From positions 1 to 37,652 of the IMG/VR virus record IMGVR_UViG_3300032250_000339: 37,652 nt of DNA. The stretch is one strand, 5' to 3'. Under the pieces are notes generated by a model. It did not search any database and was not told the DNA's origin. It worked only from the letters and a program-made list of their open reading frames with translations. Below are positions 8,630-16,989 of this stretch, piece by piece (position 1 is the stretch's first letter; each line of letters begins with the position of its first letter). The position numbers and the translations under genes were made by a program. The DNA comes from a virus. Taxonomy: Duplodnaviria; Caudoviricetes.

Positions 8630-8670
8630 AGGAAACCCCGCTCCGCACACGCAGAGCGGGGCAACTTCCT
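8630..8670. terminator. GC-rich stem-loop after the capsid gene (terminator or mRNA-stabilising hairpin)
   Basis: CCCCGCTC(8636-8643)/GAGCGGGG(8654-8661) plus outer AGGAA/TTCCT; no U-tract on the + strand. Confidence 0.55.
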
Positions 8671-8681
8671 GAAAAAAAACT

Positions 8682-9443
8682 ATGGCAAATTTCAGATTTA
8701 TAAACGAAGCTGGACAGGACGACACAGGCAGAGTAGCAACCTATCTACAGAAATCCTTACCCATTGCCGTAGCCGACGATTTAAGCGTTACAATTAACCC
8801 GATTTGTTACGTTAACACATTTGTGTTTGAAGGGGCGCAGAGCACAAACGCGATGATTGTCAACATCGCAGCGCAGCACAACCTGAAGAGCAGCAAAGGC
8901 GATTATCTAGAGTTGATTTTTGCCCCAACAGACAGCCTCGAAATTTACTTGTCATTTGCAAACGTAGGCGCAACTTTATCCGCAGAACAAAGGTTTGTGG
9001 CATACTTTCAATACGACGGCGTGAATTGGCTATACACCAACCCACCTAGCAGCGGCGGAGGCCCAGGCCCTACCCCAGCATTGGATGCGGTATTAGGTGC
9101 AGGACGCCAATCAAACAAGCCCATAATTCTGACGGATGAAAACGGAAGCTCAGCGGTAGCAACTATTCAATACGGTGGTTTTAAAAGCTCGGCAATAGGC
9201 GTCGAATGCAGCTTGATCCCATACGGCCTAACGATGAATTTCGCAAACGGCAAAAACATTGTTCTATGGTACCCGAACGGAATACCAGCGCCGAATAACA
9301 GCATGGAATTTAGGTTCCCGGTAGCGACAACAGGCGTTTATCTTGTATCAAAACAAAGCGGATTAGACGGTTACACCGGAACGGTTAACACAGGAACGCA
9401 AACGCTGACATTCGATAACGGCGTTTTAATGACAGTAACATAA
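8682..9443 (+). CDS. Putative head decoration/head fibre protein
   Basis: Directly after the capsid gene; Gly/Pro hinge (SSGGGPGPTP); LDAVLGAG and terminal GYTGTV...LTFDNGVL fibre-like motifs. Confidence 0.45.
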   Translation: MANFRFINEAGQDDTGRVATYLQKSLPIAVADDLSVTINPICYVNTFVFEGAQSTNAMIVNIAAQHNLKSSKGDYLELIFAPTDSLEIYLSFANVGATLSAEQRFVAYFQYDGVNWLYTNPPSSGGGPGPTPALDAVLGAGRQSNKPIILTDENGSSAVATIQYGGFKSSAIGVECSLIPYGLTMNFANGKNIVLWYPNGIPAPNNSMEFRFPVATTGVYLVSKQSGLDGYTGTVNTGTQTLTFDNGVLMTVT

Positions 9444-9464
9444 TCACAATAAAAAACTAAACAA

Positions 9465-9746
9465 ATGGACAGCGCAAGATTAAAGGAAATATTCAAAGAA
9501 TTACCGCACGTAACAAAGGTATGGGTAAACGAAGCCGGCGAATATTGGCTCGTTAAACAGCCAAATACACGCATGGTAACAATCACTAGAGCAGCAACAC
9601 CGGAGCCAGCAGAAATACCTGCAGAAGCGACTGTAAAAGCGGCTGAAGAACCACCAACGGAAACACCCGCAGAAGCCCAGGCGGAAACAACCACCGAAGC
9701 ACCTGCAGAGAAAGGAAACAACAATAAGAAACCAAATAAAAAATAA
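9465..9746 (+). CDS. Hypothetical protein with Ala/Glu/Pro/Thr-rich tail
   Basis: A-rich leader; lies between head and sheath genes. Confidence 0.6.
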   Translation: MDSARLKEIFKELPHVTKVWVNEAGEYWLVKQPNTRMVTITRAATPEPAEIPAEATVKAAEEPPTETPAEAQAETTTEAPAEKGNNNKKPNKK

Positions 9747-9749
9747 CCA

Positions 9750-11270
9750 ATGGCCCTGAACGATATCATATTCAACAAAGGTCAAGGCGGGCTAGGCAGA
9801 CCACTAGCAGGCGAAGATTACATCAGCGGTTTATCTTTATACGCCAATGATGAAGATTTGCCGTCGGGATTTACAGCCAGCGACCGCATCAAGCTCGTAG
9901 GCAGCGTACAAGACGCTGAGAACCTCGGCATTACAAACGACTACGCTGACGCAACCTCGGCGACGTTTACCGTTGTCTTGGACAGCTTAGGCTCAACAGG
10001 CGATGTAGGCAAGATCGACTACACAAACGTAGACGGCTCAAACACGAACCTTGCAAACTACACGGTACTAGCAGCGGATACTACGATTGCTTTGCAAGGG
10101 CAAGCGATAACAGACGCAATCAACAACGGAACATACATGCACGGCTTCAGCGCAACTTTTAGCGTTGACACGATAACGGTGACGGTTCCAAAAATGCAAG
10201 GGTACTACCCAAGCGACAACAATCCGGTGTCCGTTTTCGCAACCGGCGATTTGTTCTTGATCCTAACGCAGCCAACAGGCGGAACGCCGTCGAAATTTGC
10301 GGTGTGGCATTACCACATAGCGGAATACTTCAGAATCCAACCAAAGGGCTCGTTGTACATTTGCTTTTCACAATTAACAATGGGCAACACTTTTGCAGAG
10401 CTGCAAATGATGCAAATCTACGCAGGCGGCAAAATTAGACAGGTGGGCATCTACAAAGACGGCGGCTTTTTTGATGGCGATTTAGCAACGATACAAGCGG
10501 TGCTGAACATCCTCGATACAGACCACATGCCAATATCGTCTGTGCTTTACGCAAGCGATATCGTGAGCTATGGCGACTTAACAACGCTTCCCGATTTGAA
10601 CCCACAGAACGCACCAAAGGTGAGCGTGGTAATTTCGCAGGACGGAGCAGGACAGGGCGCGTTTTTATACAAAACGAATTTTAAATCGATAACCACCCTA
10701 GGCGCTACGCTTGGAGCGGTGAGTTTAGCATCGGTAAGCGAGGACATCGCATGGCCCGTTAAATTCAATATCAGCAACGGAGCAGAGTGCGATACGGTCG
10801 CATTTGCAAACGGACAACTAGCAAGCGTGGTAAGCAAAAACAACCAGGTAACACTAGACAACCGCCGCTACATTTTCTTATTGAAATACGTAGGCCTTGC
10901 AGGTAGCTACTTTAACGACTCGCACACAGCAGTAGCGGTTAATTCTGACTACGCCTACATCGAGAACAACAGAACCATCGATAAAGCAATTCGCAACGTT
11001 TATGCAGCCATGATAGCCTACATTAACAGCCCGCTGGTGTTAAACACCGACGGAACGTTAAGCGACACCACGGTGGCATTTTTTGAAAGCCTAGCAAGTA
11101 CCAGCCTCGACGAGATGGTGCGCGCTTCAGAGCTGAGCGGCAAAAGCGTGACAATCGATCCAACACAAAACGTACTAGCGACAAGCAACATAACCATATC
11201 GGTTAAATTGCTGCCAGTAGGAGTAGCACGCCAAATCACCGTTAACATCGGATTTACAACAACCCTTTAA
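9750..11270 (+). CDS. Tail sheath protein (DUF2586-like)
   Basis: MALNDIIFNKGQGGLGR N-terminus; GSYFNDSHT...DYAYIENNRTIDKAIR; PVGVARQITVNIGF C-terminus. Confidence 0.85.
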   Translation: MALNDIIFNKGQGGLGRPLAGEDYISGLSLYANDEDLPSGFTASDRIKLVGSVQDAENLGITNDYADATSATFTVVLDSLGSTGDVGKIDYTNVDGSNTNLANYTVLAADTTIALQGQAITDAINNGTYMHGFSATFSVDTITVTVPKMQGYYPSDNNPVSVFATGDLFLILTQPTGGTPSKFAVWHYHIAEYFRIQPKGSLYICFSQLTMGNTFAELQMMQIYAGGKIRQVGIYKDGGFFDGDLATIQAVLNILDTDHMPISSVLYASDIVSYGDLTTLPDLNPQNAPKVSVVISQDGAGQGAFLYKTNFKSITTLGATLGAVSLASVSEDIAWPVKFNISNGAECDTVAFANGQLASVVSKNNQVTLDNRRYIFLLKYVGLAGSYFNDSHTAVAVNSDYAYIENNRTIDKAIRNVYAAMIAYINSPLVLNTDGTLSDTTVAFFESLASTSLDEMVRASELSGKSVTIDPTQNVLATSNITISVKLLPVGVARQITVNIGFTTTL

Positions 11271-11281
11271 AAAAAAGAACC

Positions 11282-11701
11282 ATGCCATCAACGCCTTTAA
11301 TCAACGGAATAAACTACAGCTGGGCAAACATAAGCCTCGTGCTTTTTGGCGTGCCCGTTGTCGGCATTGCTAAAATTGATTACAAAAAGAAACAGAAAAA
11401 AGAGAACAACTACGGAGCAGGATCGCAGCCCATCAGCAGAGGCTACGGCAACTACGAGTACGAAGGTACAATCGACATCTACCAGGACGAGTGGAAACGA
11501 ATAATCGCAGCAGCACCGGACCGCGATCCTTCTAAGATTGCGCCGTTCGATATTCAGGTAACGTTCTCGGGTAGGGGCTTAGTAACGGAGAAAGACGTAC
11601 TACGCGCCTGCGAATTCACCGAGGACTCGATGTCAGCCTCGCAGGGCGACACAAAGCTCATGGTTTCTGTTCCTTTAATCATTGGCTCAATTGACCGATA
11701 A
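11282..11701 (+). CDS. Tail tube protein
   Basis: INGINYSWANI...YGAGSQPISRGYGNYEYEGTI; directly after the sheath gene. Confidence 0.85.
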   Translation: MPSTPLINGINYSWANISLVLFGVPVVGIAKIDYKKKQKKENNYGAGSQPISRGYGNYEYEGTIDIYQDEWKRIIAAAPDRDPSKIAPFDIQVTFSGRGLVTEKDVLRACEFTEDSMSASQGDTKLMVSVPLIIGSIDR

Positions 11702-11707
11702 AAATCC

Positions 11708-11715
11708 TACATTTG
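11708..11715 (+). promoter_or_regulatory. Bacteroidota-type -7 promoter element
   Basis: TACATTTG matches TAnnTTTG in the intergenic gap; no well-spaced -33 box found. Confidence 0.35.
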
Positions 11716-11731
11716 TCATAAACAAACAAAT

Positions 11732-12064
11732 ATGACAGATCAAGAAATTCTAGCAAAAGCGGGTGAGCTTAGTCAGCGTGAAGGCTGCCGAGTTCACCCG
11801 TTGTGTTTTAAGACAGACGGCGAAGAGATTGTCGGATTTATCCGCGAGCCGCAAAGAATCGTTAAACAAAGAGCGCTCGACGCAGCCATCCAAAAGGGAA
11901 CAACCGTCGCAGCAGGGGAGCTTCTCGAAGCGTTGATAATTCGCGACGAAAGCGATCCGCGCATTTTTTCAGACGAGTCGCAATACGATGAGTTTTACTT
12001 CGGAGCCAGCATGGCCTGCTTTGAGCTTATCAACATAAGCCAAAACGCCTTTAAAAAAAAATAA
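11732..12064 (+). CDS. Tail assembly chaperone (G-like)
   Basis: Between tube and tape measure genes; ends in TTT AAA AAA AAA TAA. Confidence 0.8.
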   Translation: MTDQEILAKAGELSQREGCRVHPLCFKTDGEEIVGFIREPQRIVKQRALDAAIQKGTTVAAGELLEALIIRDESDPRIFSDESQYDEFYFGASMACFELINISQNAFKKK

Positions 12065-12231
12065 AGGAATACGAGATAACAACGGAGAGCAGCGAAGAGA
12101 GCCAAATAGCAGCCTTCATAGCCTACTATTCGCAATTTAACCTGAACCCGGACGAGATGACTGATTACGAATTTCACACGGCATGGGCGAGAATTCAATT
12201 CGTTTTAAGACAAGAAGGTAAAATGAAATAA
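12050..12231 (+). CDS. -1 frameshift extension of the tail chaperone (G-T-like): IKEYEITTESSEESQIAAFIAYYSQFNLNPDEMTDYEFHTAWARIQFVLRQEGKMK
   Basis: Slippery A9 run at 12053-12061; the -1 frame is open to TAA at 12229-12231, immediately before the tape measure ATG. Confidence 0.75.
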
Positions 12232-12232
12232 A

Positions 12233-13816
12233 ATGGCAACACCGGTCGAATACATACTCAGGCTGACGGATCAATTCACGGGCCCAATGAGGAACGCGGA
12301 GCAGAGCGCGAATAACCTAGAAAGCGGAATGGACCGAATACACGGCCTCATGAAAAATATGGCTGGCGTGGTCGGTACCGCATTCGCTGTCGACAAATTA
12401 GCGCAATTTGGGAAATCCATTATAGACGCAGGCAGCAAAGTAGAGGACGCGACAACAGGGCTCACAACGCTTCTAGGAGACGCAGCAGCGGCAACAAAAG
12501 TCGTAAAGGACACAATGGAGGACGCGACAAAAACACCGTTTGAATTCGAAGGCCTGCTATCAGCAAACCAGCAATTAATAGCCTCCGGCGTCAACGCAGA
12601 CAAAGCAAGGGCCGACGTCATGAACCTAGCAAACGCCGTGGCGGCATCAGGCAAAGGAAACGACGAATTCCAACGAATGTCGGCAAACCTAGCGCAAATA
12701 AGCACCGTGGGCAAGGCAACCGCAATGGACATAAAACAATTTGGAATTGCAGGTATTAACGTTTACAAAGTTTTAGCGGACTACACACACAAACCGATTG
12801 AGCAGGTAAAAGAAATGGAGGTCGGCTACGGCACGCTAACAGCCGCGCTGCAGAAAGCGCATGAGAAGGGCGGCATTTACTACAACGGGCTCGAGAACAT
12901 GCAGAAAAACACGTCGGTAAAAATATCAAACCTAGGCGACACAATCTTCGTCTCCATGGTCGACGTTTTCCAAAAAATGAAACCGCTCACCGACTTTGTG
13001 CTTTCAGGAATTGCCAACGGGCTGGAGTGGATAAAAGAGAAAATCGGATCGCTCGATTTGGCAGGATTTGCCAACACGCTGATCAACGGCTTCAATTCAT
13101 TCATGGAATTTATAAAGCCTCTTTTTGAGCCGATAAAAAACCTATTCATGACCGTTTACAATTCGGTCAAAAAAGTATGGGCCGCGCTTTCGCAATTCAG
13201 CAGCGAAGGAACCGGTCTGCTGGAGGGCATACGAACGGCGCTGATTTACCTGATAGACGGCTTCACCTGGCTATACAACAACATCTACAACACCATAGCC
13301 ATGGCCATCGACGTAATACACACGCTGTGGGTGGTTTTACAGAAGCTGCACATCGTCGATATTTTTGTGCTCCCCTTCAAAATAGGCTGGGCCGTTTTAA
13401 AGCAAATAGGCAGCTGGATAAAATCCTTCTACGATAGCACCATTAAACCGATTGTAGACACCGTCGTGGGCGTTTATGACAAGTTTAAATCGATGATGGG
13501 CATAAAGGACACCGTAGAGAAAGCAAAGACAAAAACAGCCCCAAAAACGGCCGAAAACCCCGTGCAGGATTTTATCGACAAAGGAGCGCTCGGCAAAGGC
13601 AAAACGGAAGCCATGGTACCAACCACCTCAAAAAGCGAAGCGAGCAAAGTAACGGGCACGAAGGCAACCACGATCAACATCAAAATAGACAAATTAATAG
13701 AGCTTTTTAAAATAGAAACCATGCAGATGACAGAAGGCGCCGGTCGAGTTAAAGAGCTCGTCGCACAGGCGATCCTAGAAGCCGTCCGCGACTCACAAAT
13801 AACAGCAGGAATGTAA
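12233..13816 (+). CDS. Tail tape measure protein
   Basis: ATKTPFEFEGL tape-measure motif; Ala/Gly-rich N-half; Trp/Phe-periodic amphipathic helices; position. Confidence 0.9.
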   Translation: MATPVEYILRLTDQFTGPMRNAEQSANNLESGMDRIHGLMKNMAGVVGTAFAVDKLAQFGKSIIDAGSKVEDATTGLTTLLGDAAAATKVVKDTMEDATKTPFEFEGLLSANQQLIASGVNADKARADVMNLANAVAASGKGNDEFQRMSANLAQISTVGKATAMDIKQFGIAGINVYKVLADYTHKPIEQVKEMEVGYGTLTAALQKAHEKGGIYYNGLENMQKNTSVKISNLGDTIFVSMVDVFQKMKPLTDFVLSGIANGLEWIKEKIGSLDLAGFANTLINGFNSFMEFIKPLFEPIKNLFMTVYNSVKKVWAALSQFSSEGTGLLEGIRTALIYLIDGFTWLYNNIYNTIAMAIDVIHTLWVVLQKLHIVDIFVLPFKIGWAVLKQIGSWIKSFYDSTIKPIVDTVVGVYDKFKSMMGIKDTVEKAKTKTAPKTAENPVQDFIDKGALGKGKTEAMVPTTSKSEASKVTGTKATTINIKIDKLIELFKIETMQMTEGAGRVKELVAQAILEAVRDSQITAGM

Positions 13817-13818
13817 CC

Positions 13819-14463
13819 ATGGCAACATACGTACTAAACAAAGGCCTCAACGTAATCGGCACGCTCGTGCGGGCTTTCAACATGCAGAACGTAGAAGTAC
13901 GAGACGCACGCGACAACCCCTACAAGCCCGCCGTTGTTCAGGCAGGATTTATAACACCGGACGAAACCAGGCCCGCAAAAATGAGCGGCATGGGCGGCAT
14001 TCCGATATTCGTCGACGTGCTGCTGACAGGGCCGAGCGGGAACGCCAACACACCGGATACCTACTACGACTACACGCTGAAAAAAGACATAGAGATACCA
14101 ATCGTACAATTAGAAACCGTTATCTGCACCATGGAGCAACCAATGACAATTGTCAAAACAGCCATCCAGGGGCGCAACGGAACCGTAAAAGAGTACATCG
14201 GCATGGATGATGCCAAGATAACCCTAAACGGCGTTATATGCGGCACAAACGGCGTATACCCAAAAGAGGACGTGCAGGTGCTCATGAATTGGGCAAAGGC
14301 ACCGACCACAAAAGGAATCGTCTCCAGGTGGATGCAAAACCTCGGCGTTACCAACATCGTCGTCGAATCAATCAGCATACCACAAATGGCAGGCGGCTAT
14401 TCATACCAGGCCTTCAGCATTAACTGCGTAAGCGACCTACCGGTCGAGCTAAAATACCAATAA
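13819..14463 (+). CDS. Baseplate/tube initiator protein (DUF6046-like)
   Basis: IVKTAIQGRNGTVKEYIGMDD...SINCVSD motif; follows the tape measure gene. Confidence 0.75.
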   Translation: MATYVLNKGLNVIGTLVRAFNMQNVEVRDARDNPYKPAVVQAGFITPDETRPAKMSGMGGIPIFVDVLLTGPSGNANTPDTYYDYTLKKDIEIPIVQLETVICTMEQPMTIVKTAIQGRNGTVKEYIGMDDAKITLNGVICGTNGVYPKEDVQVLMNWAKAPTTKGIVSRWMQNLGVTNIVVESISIPQMAGGYSYQAFSINCVSDLPVELKYQ

Positions 14464-14464
14464 A

Positions 14465-15640
14465 ATGTTCAGATGCTACACGCTCATAACGATACAACAG
14501 AACAGCCCGAACCGGGCAAAGACGCTGTTTTTTGACTTTTGTAACCAGTTCGACGCCTCCGACACATGGGTGGATTTAACCAACCAGGCGAAGATCACGG
14601 TGCCCAAAAACATATACGTCCGCGACCAAAACAACAAGCTGCTCCCCCTTGGAGGCGACAACGTCAACGTCGGCGGATTTGACAAATACAGCCCGCTGTT
14701 TTTGAGGGGCGACAAAATAAAAATCGAGATGGGCTACCGCTACTACCGCGGCAACCAGGAGATCCTAGAAAAGAGCCAAATCTTCGAAGGGTACATCAGC
14801 GAGGTGGGCTCGAAAAAACCAATGGAGCTGAAAGCCGAGGACAACATGTGGCTGCTTAAGCAGATACCATGCAAACCGCAGACCTGGAACAAATCGGTCG
14901 AAGAGCTTGTCGCCACCATGCTCAAAGACCACCCCGAAATAACGGTTAACAAACGGAGCTCGACCAGCATAGGACAAATCGTAGTACAGAATGAAACCGT
15001 GGCACAATTCCTAGAGCGCATGAGAAAGGACGCAGCGATGGAGGCATACTTTAGAGGCAACGAGCTCCGGGTGGGCAGCCTGGTATACCTTCCATCGGAC
15101 AACATCGTGAATGGGAAGGTTATCTACAAAAAGTTCGTTTTTCAGGGCAACATTATAACGGACGAGCTCACATACAAGCGAAAAGATGACGTCGTTATGT
15201 CGGCCGTTGTTACTTCCCAATTTGAGAACGTAAGCGGCACAACAAAAGACGGCCAACCAAAATCGAAAAAAGAGCGCCTCGAAATTTTGGTATTTTGGAA
15301 TAAGAAAAAAAACGACTGGGATTTTGTCAAAAAAGAGAAAGGAAAGGAGCTGCCGGCAAACACCGAAGGCGAACGCAGGACGGTGCCTCTTATGAACGTA
15401 AGCTCGATACCGGTCATGTTCAAAGCAGGAAAGGACGCGATACAAAAATATTTCTACGAGGGCTTCAGGGGCAAATTTACGACCTTCGGAATTCCGTACG
15501 TGAGACAAGGCGACAACGTAATAATTGAGGATCCTATCCTGCCGGAGCGGAACGGGAAATACAAAGTAAAGGGCGTAAATTACAGCGGCGGCGTAAGCGG
15601 ACACAGACAGGAAATAATACTCGACTATTTAATACCATGA
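14465..15640 (+). CDS. Baseplate hub protein (gpD/Mu gp44-like)
   Basis: GDKIKIEMGY...FEGYISEV...EDNMWLLK and GKFTTFGIPYVRQGD...GKYKVKGV motifs. Confidence 0.8.
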   Translation: MFRCYTLITIQQNSPNRAKTLFFDFCNQFDASDTWVDLTNQAKITVPKNIYVRDQNNKLLPLGGDNVNVGGFDKYSPLFLRGDKIKIEMGYRYYRGNQEILEKSQIFEGYISEVGSKKPMELKAEDNMWLLKQIPCKPQTWNKSVEELVATMLKDHPEITVNKRSSTSIGQIVVQNETVAQFLERMRKDAAMEAYFRGNELRVGSLVYLPSDNIVNGKVIYKKFVFQGNIITDELTYKRKDDVVMSAVVTSQFENVSGTTKDGQPKSKKERLEILVFWNKKKNDWDFVKKEKGKELPANTEGERRTVPLMNVSSIPVMFKAGKDAIQKYFYEGFRGKFTTFGIPYVRQGDNVIIEDPILPERNGKYKVKGVNYSGGVSGHRQEIILDYLIP

Positions 15641-16152
15641 ACGAACAACACGACCGGTCCATATCGACCGCAATAAAAAAGCTAGCAGGCACCGATAAGG
15701 CGCAGTTTTTAAAGCTGGGCACCGGCAACGTGGAATCCGTCGACAAGGACAAACGAAGCTGCGTGGTTACGCTTGACAACTACGTCGAAATGGAATGCCT
15801 GCTGATGACGCAGGTCGGAGACGGGATGCTGCTGATACCCACCGTAGGCTCGACGGTTCTCGTCGTTTACGGCACCTACACAAGCGGATACGTAATCCAA
15901 TGCAGCGACGTGGACCAAATATCCTTCAAAGGCTTTGAGAACGGAGGGCTTGTAAAAGTGGCGGAGCTGACAACGAAGCTGAACAACCTAGAGAACAAAG
16001 TAAACACGATCCTATCAACTTTTAACAGCCACGTCCATACCAGCGCTACCGCAGGCAGCCCGACAACACCAACGACGAGCCCGATCAGCGGAACGCTTAC
16101 ACCGACGCAGCGCAACGACATAGAAAATAAAAACGTTCAACATGGCGATTAA
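15637..16152 (+). CDS. Baseplate spike (gpV/Mu gp45-like)
   Basis: OB-fold-like N-terminus (IPTVGSTVLV); C-terminal FNSHVH HxH metal-binding tip motif. Confidence 0.8.
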   Translation: MNEQHDRSISTAIKKLAGTDKAQFLKLGTGNVESVDKDKRSCVVTLDNYVEMECLLMTQVGDGMLLIPTVGSTVLVVYGTYTSGYVIQCSDVDQISFKGFENGGLVKVAELTTKLNNLENKVNTILSTFNSHVHTSATAGSPTTPTTSPISGTLTPTQRNDIENKNVQHGD

Positions 16153-16450
16153 TTACGACATAGCCCTACGCGATAACGATATCGACTTCAGAGGCGGAGA
16201 TTTGTACTACGTCGAATCAGACGAGCAGCACATCATCGATACGCTCAACGCCTTTCCAGGATGGTGGAAAGAATACCCATCAGACGGCGTCGGTTTGATG
16301 CAATACCAAAAAGCCAGCAAGGACCTATCCGTCCTGAACCGCAGCATCCAGGTACAGCTCCAATCGGACGGATACCGGGTAGAAGGCGCGGTGATTTCGC
16401 TGACACCGGACGGAAACCTAAACATAAACCCAAACGCAGTTAAAATATGA
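16142..16450 (+). CDS. Baseplate gp25/gpW-like protein
   Basis: SDEQHI...PGWWKEYPSDGVG...QLQSDGY motif; follows the spike gene. Confidence 0.7.
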   Translation: MAINYDIALRDNDIDFRGGDLYYVESDEQHIIDTLNAFPGWWKEYPSDGVGLMQYQKASKDLSVLNRSIQVQLQSDGYRVEGAVISLTPDGNLNINPNAVKI

Positions 16451-16989
16451 GCACATACACCGGCATCAACGGGCAAAGCCTCATGGACGTTTGCCTAAAC
16501 ACATACGGATCGCTTGACTATTTGTACAAGCTCCTGCAGGACAGCGGAGTGAGCAACATAAACCAACCGGTCGTATCGCAGCAGCCCTTCACCTGGGATA
16601 GCGACCTGATCGTAGACCAAAACGTAAACAGGATCACATCGCTGCAGGGCGTGATTTACGCCACCGCGGCAAACGGAAGCGACGGCACCTATTATGTTGT
16701 CAAAGGCCAGGCACCGATAGCACCATCAGCACCATACGTGCCTCCATTCAACCCCGGCGGCGTTTTTCAATACCAGCGAACAGGCTTCACAAATTACATC
16801 GCAGAGGCGGACGGCGCAAGCGTGACAATACCAACGCTGATAGGCAAAACAATCGGGCAAATAGAGCGCAACATAGCACCCGACACAGAATACAGCTTTG
16901 ATGCAATAACAGGAACGATTACCTTTGCAAATCCGCTGATGACAGGCGAGAAATTATACATTATTTACACCGAAATGATCACACTATGA
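16447..16989 (+). CDS. LysM-like/gpX-like baseplate protein with C-terminal beta domain
   Basis: GQSLMDVCLNTYGSLD N-terminus; YSFDAITGTITFANPL...YIIY C-terminal domain. Confidence 0.6.
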   Translation: MSTYTGINGQSLMDVCLNTYGSLDYLYKLLQDSGVSNINQPVVSQQPFTWDSDLIVDQNVNRITSLQGVIYATAANGSDGTYYVVKGQAPIAPSAPYVPPFNPGGVFQYQRTGFTNYIAEADGASVTIPTLIGKTIGQIERNIAPDTEYSFDAITGTITFANPLMTGEKLYIIYTEMITL

